This document shows, piece after piece, positions 58,251 through 64,000 of a stretch of DNA of 64,000 nucleotides. Below the pieces are notes generated by a model that saw nothing but the letters and a program-made list of their open reading frames with translations, ran no database searches and was not told the origin of the DNA. Origin of the DNA: an uncultured Clostridia bacterium. Its GTDB lineage: Bacteria; Bacillota; Clostridia; TANB77; CAG-508. Position numbers and translations under genes: made by a program. The DNA lies in assembly GCA_934130355.1 (NCBI GenBank), contig CAKOXV010000005.1:18690-82689 (forward strand), in the 5' to 3' direction. Numbering within the stretch: the first letter of the stretch is position 1; each line of letters begins with the position of its first letter.

Positions 58251-59634
58251 GGGTTAACATTGGACCAATATCAGTAACTGTACCAGCTCCAAGAGTTAAA
58301 ACAATATCATCTTTTTGAACATGGTCTTTTATATAAGAAGCACAACCTTCAAGAGAAGGAATATAAATTGCATCTTTTCCTAATTTTGTAATTGCATCAG
58401 CCAAATCTTTAGAAGAAATATTATAAGTGTTAGTTTCTCTTGCTGCATAAATATCAGTAACAATAATATTATCAAAAGAAAGTAAAGCTTTAGCAAAATC
58501 ATCTAAAAGATTAAATGTTCTACTATATGTATGTGGTTGAAAAATAACCCATGATTTATTATAAGTTTTATTTTTTAAAGCTTTAGCAGTAGCAATTACT
58601 TCTGTTGGATGATGACCATAATCATCATATACTTTAGCACCATTAACAATTCCTTTATATTGGAATCTACGTTCAGCTCCAGTAAATTTTTCTAAAGCAG
58701 TTTTCATGCAATCAACAGAAATTCCATAACTATCACATAATGAAATACAAGCTAATGCATTTAAAACATTGTGTCTACCAGGAATTGAAAGTTTAAAATG
58801 TCCGAAAAGTTCATTATTTTTATAACAATCAAACTCTGGAAAACCATTTTCGTCAAAAGCAATATTTTTTGCACAATAATCGACATCTTTATTTTCTATA
58901 CCATATTTAATAACAGGTGCTTTAGAATGTTCAGGTAAAATTAAACAATTTGCATCATCTGCATTTATAATAAGATGACCATCTTTTGGCAAAAGCTCAA
59001 CATATTTTATAAAAGCTTTTTTGATATTTTCAATATTTTTGTAATAGTCTAAATGATCATTATCAATATTTAAAATAATTTCACTTCTTGGACTGAATTT
59101 TAAAAAGCTTTCAACATATTCACAAGCTTCAATTATAAAGTTTTCACTATTTCCAACTCTATAATTTCCACCAAGTTCTTTAATAATTGCTCCAACTTGA
59201 ATACTAGGATCTCTAAGAGCTTCTATAAAACATAAAGATACAAGTGAAGTTGTTGTAGTTTTTCCATGTGTTCCAGAAATTGCAATAGTATTTTTATAAC
59301 ATCTTGTAAGTTCACCTAAAAAGTCTGAACGTTCAATAACTGGAATTCCAAGTTCTTTTGCACGAACAAGTTCAGGATTATCTTGTTTTATAGCAGCTGT
59401 ATAAACTACACAGTCAGCACCTTCAACATTTTTTGCATTATGTCCGACAAAAGTTTTAATATTTGCTTTATTTAATATATGTAAAATTTCTGAATCAACA
59501 TTATTACTTCCTGAAACTTCAAAACCCCAATTAACAAGGATTTCAGCAATTCCACTCATACTTATACCGCCGATTCCAATCATAAAGATTTTTTTGTATT
59601 TCTTAATATTTTTAATATTAGGCATTATAAACAC
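58243..59634 (-). CDS. murC: UDP-N-acetylmuramate--L-alanine ligase.
   Basis: 'IGIGGISMSG' at the N-terminus. 'GTHGKTTTTS' P-loop. Full-length Mur ligase. Confidence 0.9.
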   Translation of the reverse strand: MFIMPNIKNIKKYKKIFMIGIGGISMSGIAEILVNWGFEVSGSNNVDSEILHILNKANIKTFVGHNAKNVEGADCVVYTAAIKQDNPELVRAKELGIPVIERSDFLGELTRCYKNTIAISGTHGKTTTTSLVSLCFIEALRDPSIQVGAIIKELGGNYRVGNSENFIIEACEYVESFLKFSPRSEIILNIDNDHLDYYKNIENIKKAFIKYVELLPKDGHLIINADDANCLILPEHSKAPVIKYGIENKDVDYCAKNIAFDENGFPEFDCYKNNELFGHFKLSIPGRHNVLNALACISLCDSYGISVDCMKTALEKFTGAERRFQYKGIVNGAKVYDDYGHHPTEVIATAKALKNKTYNKSWVIFQPHTYSRTFNLLDDFAKALLSFDNIIVTDIYAARETNTYNISSKDLADAITKLGKDAIYIPSLEGCASYIKDHVQKDDIVLTLGAGTVTDIGPMLTQK

Positions 59635-59752
59635 TCCTTAAATTTATTTGGCAATAAATTAACATTTTTTATTATATACTTATATAATGCAAATTTCAAG
59701 GCTTTTGTTACAAAAAATATGGAACTAATAATAGTTTTAATACACACCTCGA

Positions 59753-60088
59753 CACAAATGGCTTCATGGCACCACTGGAACTAGGTATATATATTAAATA
59801 ATGGATAATTTTGTGCATCTAAACTTGAGGATAGAAAATCTTAAAGTACATACACGAGGAATGCTCACGTCAAAAATTAATATATTACTATTCCATGGCA
59901 AAAACATAGCTGGGGTCATCCCCATAGTGGGTCTTTGCCTTATTTCATAGTAATATATTAATTTTTGGACTAAGAGAGAGAGGCTCGTGTTGTACTTTTA
60001 GATTTTATATGAAAGTTTAGCTTGTCCAAAATTTGGAATGTTTTTAATATATATACCTGGTTACAGTGGTGCCATGAAACCATTTGTG
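59753..60088 (-). repeat. Approximately 340-bp structured element (copy B, opposite orientation). 40-bp terminal inverted repeats, nested helices, and the same core of about 110 nt as copy A.
   Basis: Arms 'cacaaatggcttcatggcaccactggaactaggtatatat' / reverse complement at 60049-60088. The core's reverse complement 'aaaaattaatatattactatgaaataaggcaaagaccc..gaccccagctatgtttttgccatggaatagtaatatattaatttttg' is about 85% identical to 49303-49410. Confidence 0.8.
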
Positions 60089-60256
60089 TCAAGGTATGCA
60101 TTAGAACTATTAATTAGCAACATAAATTTAAAATAAAAAAATATTAAAAAATTTGTAAAAAAAGAGGGAAAAAAATTAGAATAGGAGAATAATATACATA
60201 GTACATAAGAATACACGTATATGTACAAATTTAAAATAACAGTGGAGGTGCACACA

Positions 60257-60529
60257 ATGCAAATAACAGACGTACGTTTAAGAAAAGTAAATTCAGAGAA
60301 CAGAATGAAAGCTGTTGCTTCTGTAACATTCGATAATGAATTTGTTATCCATGATATCAAAGTTATCGAAAGTCAAAATGGATTATTCATTGCTATGCCA
60401 AGCAGAAAAACTCCAAACGGAGAATTCAAAGACATAGCTCATCCAATCAATGCTGAAACAAGAGAGAAAGTTCAAAAAGCTATATTAGAAGCTTATGACG
60501 CTCCTGAAACAGAAGAATCAGCAGAATAA
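60257..60529 (+). CDS. spoVG: Septation protein SpoVG.
   Basis: '[38 protein letters not shown]' matches SpoVG almost in full. RBS GGAGGTG. Confidence 0.9.
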   Translation: MQITDVRLRKVNSENRMKAVASVTFDNEFVIHDIKVIESQNGLFIAMPSRKTPNGEFKDIAHPINAETREKVQKAILEAYDAPETEESAE

Positions 60530-60672
60530 TTATAAATACAAATTAATTTCGAAGAAGATACATCAAATAGATGTATCTTTTTTGAGTTATAAAATAAATC
60601 AAAAAATAAGTAATAAAAAAGGAACAACTTCAATATACATTAATAAACAAAAAATGTAGAGGAGGTTTTTTC

Positions 60673-62208
60673 ATGGAAATAAACACAACAAAAGAGACTT
60701 TAAATGTAAACAAAGTGATATGTGAAAAGAAAGAAATAATCAATATACAAGGAGATGTAATAGTTCCAGATTCAAAGCCAGATATATTAAATGCAATCAC
60801 AACAAGTGGAAATGTATGTATATACAAAAAAGAAATAATGGACGGAAAACTTAGAATAGATGGTAATATACTTACATATATTATGTATTTAGCAGATAGT
60901 AGCACAGACAATATAAGAGGATTAAACACAGGGCTAGACTTTTCAGAAAATATAAATATTCCCGAACTAGAAACAGGAATGAATGTTGAATTAGCAACAT
61001 CAATAAAATTTATCGAATGTAAGGTATTAAATGGTAGAAAAATTGCCATAAAAGTTACACTAGAAGTAAGGATGAAAGTATATTCAAAAGAAACAATTGA
61101 AATAGTAACAGATTTAAATAACGAAAATGTTCAAATATTAAGTAAAAATCTAACAGTTAATTCATTACTAGGAGATGGCACAACAAAAGCCTATATTAAA
61201 GAAAATATATCAATACCAAACACAGATAACCTTGCAGAAATTTTGGGATTACAAATATGTTTAGTAGACAAAGATACAAAAATAAGTTACAACAAAGTAT
61301 TAGCAAAATCAGAAGTTGAAATAAAAATGACATATTTAACAGAAGATGGTCGTATATGTAAAAATCAAACAAGATTACCACTTGTAGGATTTATCGATAT
61401 GCCAAATATCAAAGAAGAAAATGTATGTGACACAATATATGTAATTAAAAATATATTAATTAAGCCTAATGCCATAGAAGAACACTCAGTATATATAGAA
61501 ATAGAAACAGAAATTTCATGTATGGCTTATGAAGAAAAAGAAGTAAAAGTTATTCAAGATATGTATTGTCCGGGACAAAAGATGAATTTTGAACAAACAA
61601 TGGCAAATACAATAACAAGTAAGCAATGCAAAAAAAATACATGTAATATAAGAGAAAAGGTAAATGTTCCAGAGCTTGAAAATGGAACAATTGTAGATGT
61701 TGATATTACTCCAAATATTAACAAAGAAAGCAAAATGAATGGTAAAATTTTATTTGAAGGTGAAATTGAGCTAAACTTTATTTTTACAGATAATTCAGCA
61801 ATGGGAGTAAACAGCAAAAAAATAACACTTCCTTTTGAGCAAACAGTTGATGGAGTTTCAGAAAATTGTAAGGCAGACACAGAAATTGAAGTTAATTCAC
61901 AAGAATTTTCTGAACAAGCAGGAGTTGTAAATGTAAATTTAGACTTAAATTTTGAAACAAATTCTTATAGCACAGCTTCAATACCTGTAATAAGCAACAT
62001 TTCAACAGAAGATGAAAATAACATGCAAGACTATAGTGTAATAATATATGTTGTAAAAGCTGGAGACAGTTTGTGGAAAATCGCAAAAAGGTATGGAAGT
62101 ACAGTTGACGACATTGCAAGAGTAAATGGAATTGAAAATCCTGATAGAATAAATGCCGGAGAAAAAATATATATTCCTAGATATGTACTAAGAAAAGTAA
62201 ATGTCTAA
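60673..62208 (+). CDS. DUF3794 (SPOCS) plus C-terminal LysM domain protein, SipL/SafA-like sporulation protein.
   Basis: N-terminal 'VIVPDSKPDILNAI' SPOCS signature (repeated). C-terminal LysM 'YVVKAGDSLWKIAKRYGSTVDDIARVNGI'. Confidence 0.6.
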   Translation: MEINTTKETLNVNKVICEKKEIINIQGDVIVPDSKPDILNAITTSGNVCIYKKEIMDGKLRIDGNILTYIMYLADSSTDNIRGLNTGLDFSENINIPELETGMNVELATSIKFIECKVLNGRKIAIKVTLEVRMKVYSKETIEIVTDLNNENVQILSKNLTVNSLLGDGTTKAYIKENISIPNTDNLAEILGLQICLVDKDTKISYNKVLAKSEVEIKMTYLTEDGRICKNQTRLPLVGFIDMPNIKEENVCDTIYVIKNILIKPNAIEEHSVYIEIETEISCMAYEEKEVKVIQDMYCPGQKMNFEQTMANTITSKQCKKNTCNIREKVNVPELENGTIVDVDITPNINKESKMNGKILFEGEIELNFIFTDNSAMGVNSKKITLPFEQTVDGVSENCKADTEIEVNSQEFSEQAGVVNVNLDLNFETNSYSTASIPVISNISTEDENNMQDYSVIIYVVKAGDSLWKIAKRYGSTVDDIARVNGIENPDRINAGEKIYIPRYVLRKVNV

Positions 62209-62881
62209 AATCTATTCAAGAAAAAGGTTTATAATCAAAAGAAAAAGGAAGATAATCAAAATTACACTAACACTAGTCATAGCTGTAATTATATATAAAA
62301 TAACAATTGGTTTCGTTGGTCCTGTTTTTGAAACATTATGTGAAGAAAAAGTAAGAATAATATCAACAATAATTTCAAATCAGGAGTCAACGAAAATCAT
62401 GAATAAATATCAATATGAAGAATTATATACAATTGAAAAAGATGAGGTCGGAGATGTAACAATTATAAAATCAAATGTAGTTCCTATAAATAATATGATT
62501 TCTGATCTAACTGAAGCAATTCAAAATAGATTTAATGAAGTTGAAAATACTGAAATTAAAATCACTTTGGGAAATTTATTAGGAGGGTATTATTTCTCAG
62601 GAATTGGACCTTCTATACCTATTAAAGTACGAAGCTCTGGAACAATTGATACAGAAATAAAAAGTGAGTTTATAGCACAAGGCATAAATCAAACATTACA
62701 TAGAGTCTATGTGAATTTTGAGTGTTATTTTAAGGTTATAACACCTGTTAAAAATTTTGAGAAAAAGGTTACTAATCAGGTTATAATTGCAGAACATGTT
62801 ATTGTTGGAAATATTCCAGATGCCTACTATAATCTTGAGGGAGTGAATAGCACTGGGGATATGTTGAATTCGATTAAATAA
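62201..62881 (+). CDS. yunB: Sporulation protein YunB family.
   Basis: N-terminal TM and conserved YunB core ('ITLGNLLGGYYFSGIGPSIPIK...'). Confidence 0.65.
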   Translation: MSKIYSRKRFIIKRKRKIIKITLTLVIAVIIYKITIGFVGPVFETLCEEKVRIISTIISNQESTKIMNKYQYEELYTIEKDEVGDVTIIKSNVVPINNMISDLTEAIQNRFNEVENTEIKITLGNLLGGYYFSGIGPSIPIKVRSSGTIDTEIKSEFIAQGINQTLHRVYVNFECYFKVITPVKNFEKKVTNQVIIAEHVIVGNIPDAYYNLEGVNSTGDMLNSIK

Positions 62882-62886
62882 TCTAA

Positions 62887-62920
62887 AAGAGAAGTACAAT
62901 GTGCACTTCTCTTTTTAAAC
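62887..62920 (+). terminator. Rho-independent terminator.
   Basis: Stem GAGAAGT...ACTTCTC followed by TTTTT. Confidence 0.6.
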
Positions 62921-63003
62921 TATTAAACAACTTCAATATACCCTCTTGTATAAAAAAAAATACTTTGATATAATTTAAACATAATAGCAAAGGAGGAGAT
63001 AAA

Positions 63004-63483
63004 ATGGAAGAACAATGCAAGTGCGGATGTAGCGGAAAAGACGAATTTTTAGAAGGTTTATGTGAAAAATATAAGCCAATAAAAGACAATTTAATACAAA
63101 TGTTAAACGAAGTACAAGAACATTATGGATATGTACCAATGAAAGCTCAAAAAGTTTTATCAGAATATTTAAATTTACCAATGGCAGAGATATATGGTGT
63201 AGTAACATTTTATTCAAGATTTACACTAAAACCAAAAGGAAAATACAACATAGCAGTATGTTTAGGAACAGCATGTTATGTAAAAGGTTCACAAAAAATA
63301 ATGGACAGATTAAAAGATAGATTAAAAATAGAACCAGGAGAAACAACGCCAGACGGAAAATTTTCAATAGAAGAAACCAGATGTGTTGGAGCATGCGGAT
63401 TAGCTCCTGTATTTACAGTAAATGGAAAAGTATATGGAAAAGCAACAGTGCAAATGTTAGACCAAGTCTTAGATGAGCTATAA
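63004..63483 (+). CDS. NuoE-family [2Fe-2S] subunit (24-kDa type) of an NADH-dependent hydrogenase or dehydrogenase.
   Basis: 'CLGTACYVKGS...CVGACGLAPV' thioredoxin-like 2Fe-2S motif. Confidence 0.8.
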   Translation: MEEQCKCGCSGKDEFLEGLCEKYKPIKDNLIQMLNEVQEHYGYVPMKAQKVLSEYLNLPMAEIYGVVTFYSRFTLKPKGKYNIAVCLGTACYVKGSQKIMDRLKDRLKIEPGETTPDGKFSIEETRCVGACGLAPVFTVNGKVYGKATVQMLDQVLDEL

Positions 63484-63490
63484 ATGTAAA

Positions 63491-63540
63491 AAAAAGGACC
63501 GTCCCCAAATTCGCGAAAAAAAGGACCGTCCCCAAATTAA
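63491..63540. repeat. Two tandem copies of the GC-rich unit 'GGACCGTCCCCAAATT(CGCGAA)', equivalent to half of the 12398-12534 palindrome.
   Basis: Units at 63496-63517 and 63523-63538. Identical to the right arm of the 12.4-kb palindrome. Confidence 0.8.
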
Positions 63541-63554
63541 CAAGGGGGAATAAA

Positions 63555-64000
63555 ATGAAAACTTTAGAAGAGATTAACCAAATAAGAGAAGAAAAAAGAA
63601 AAGAATTAGAGTTGAGAGTAAGTACAAAAGCAGATACAAGAGAAAAACATATATTGGTGTGTCACGGAACAGGTTGTACATCATCAGGAACGCCAGAGAT
63701 ATTAGAAAATTTTAAAAGAATATTAAAAGAAAAAAATGTAGAAAATGTTAGAGTGATTAAGACGGGATGTTTTGGACTTTGTGCAAAAGGACCAATAGTA
63801 ATTATAAGACCTGAAGATACATTTTATTCAAATGTAAAACCTGAAGATTGTGAAGAAATTATACAAAAACATATTATTGATGGAGAGACAGTAACAAGAC
63901 TTTTATGCAAAGATATTGATGGAAGTATAGTAAATAAATTAGATGAATTAAATTTTTATAAAAAGCAAAAAAGAATTGCATTGAAAAATTGTGGTGTTAT
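63555..64000 (+). CDS. Partial (3'-truncated by the window end) NuoF/HndC-like hydrogenase subunit, N-terminal thioredoxin-like [2Fe-2S] domain.
   Basis: 'ILVCHGTGCTSSG...GCFGLCAKGP' motif. RBS GGGGGAA. The ORF runs off the window. Confidence 0.6.
   Translation, partial: MKTLEEINQIREEKRKELELRVSTKADTREKHILVCHGTGCTSSGTPEILENFKRILKEKNVENVRVIKTGCFGLCAKGPIVIIRPEDTFYSNVKPEDCEEIIQKHIIDGETVTRLLCKDIDGSIVNKLDELNFYKKQKRIALKNCGV

Overview
A 64-kb, very AT-rich (about 28-30% GC) chromosomal window that looks like a spore-forming Firmicute of class Clostridia. Sporulation genes present include dpaA, spoVG, a yunB-like gene and a SPOCS+LysM SipL-like protein. About 47 of 50 genes lie on the + strand; only tsaE, murC and a tiny Cys-rich peptide gene are on the minus strand. 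Housekeeping blocks are pth-rng-rimO, dpaA-uppP, tsaE/tRNA-Met, era-yqzL-recO, mreB, mutL-miaA, sepF-divIVA, rsmD, ftsK, an RNase J-like gene, murC, spoVG, and the start of a NuoE/NuoF-type [FeFe]-hydrogenase operon. Two accessory regions stand out. The first (56-10479) is an operon of a SipW-type signal peptidase, a two-TM membrane protein and two giant paralogous surface proteins (1672 and 1128 aa) built almost entirely of 26-residue DUF285/TIGR02167 repeats. The second (24259-42262) is an approximately 18-kb ABC-transporter-dependent cell-wall glycopolymer locus. It holds seven GT2-family genes (one frameshifted), a TagG/TagH-like exporter, a GtrB/ArnC-like transferase with a small flippase, and a putative GT-C membrane transferase. 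Embedded in it are a GH25 muramidase and an M14 peptidase that share an unrecognised GW-containing repeat of about 110 aa. Non-coding signals include two copies of an approximately 340-bp element with a conserved 110-nt core and long outer stems that covary. One copy lies upstream of rsmD and the other upstream of murC. A deletion derivative of this family sits upstream of a GT2 gene. There is also a GC-rich palindromic repeat family (GGACCGTCCCCAAATTCGCGAA) present in two places, and several duplicated promoter and terminator flanks. No CRISPR, transposase, integrase or obvious defence genes were seen.
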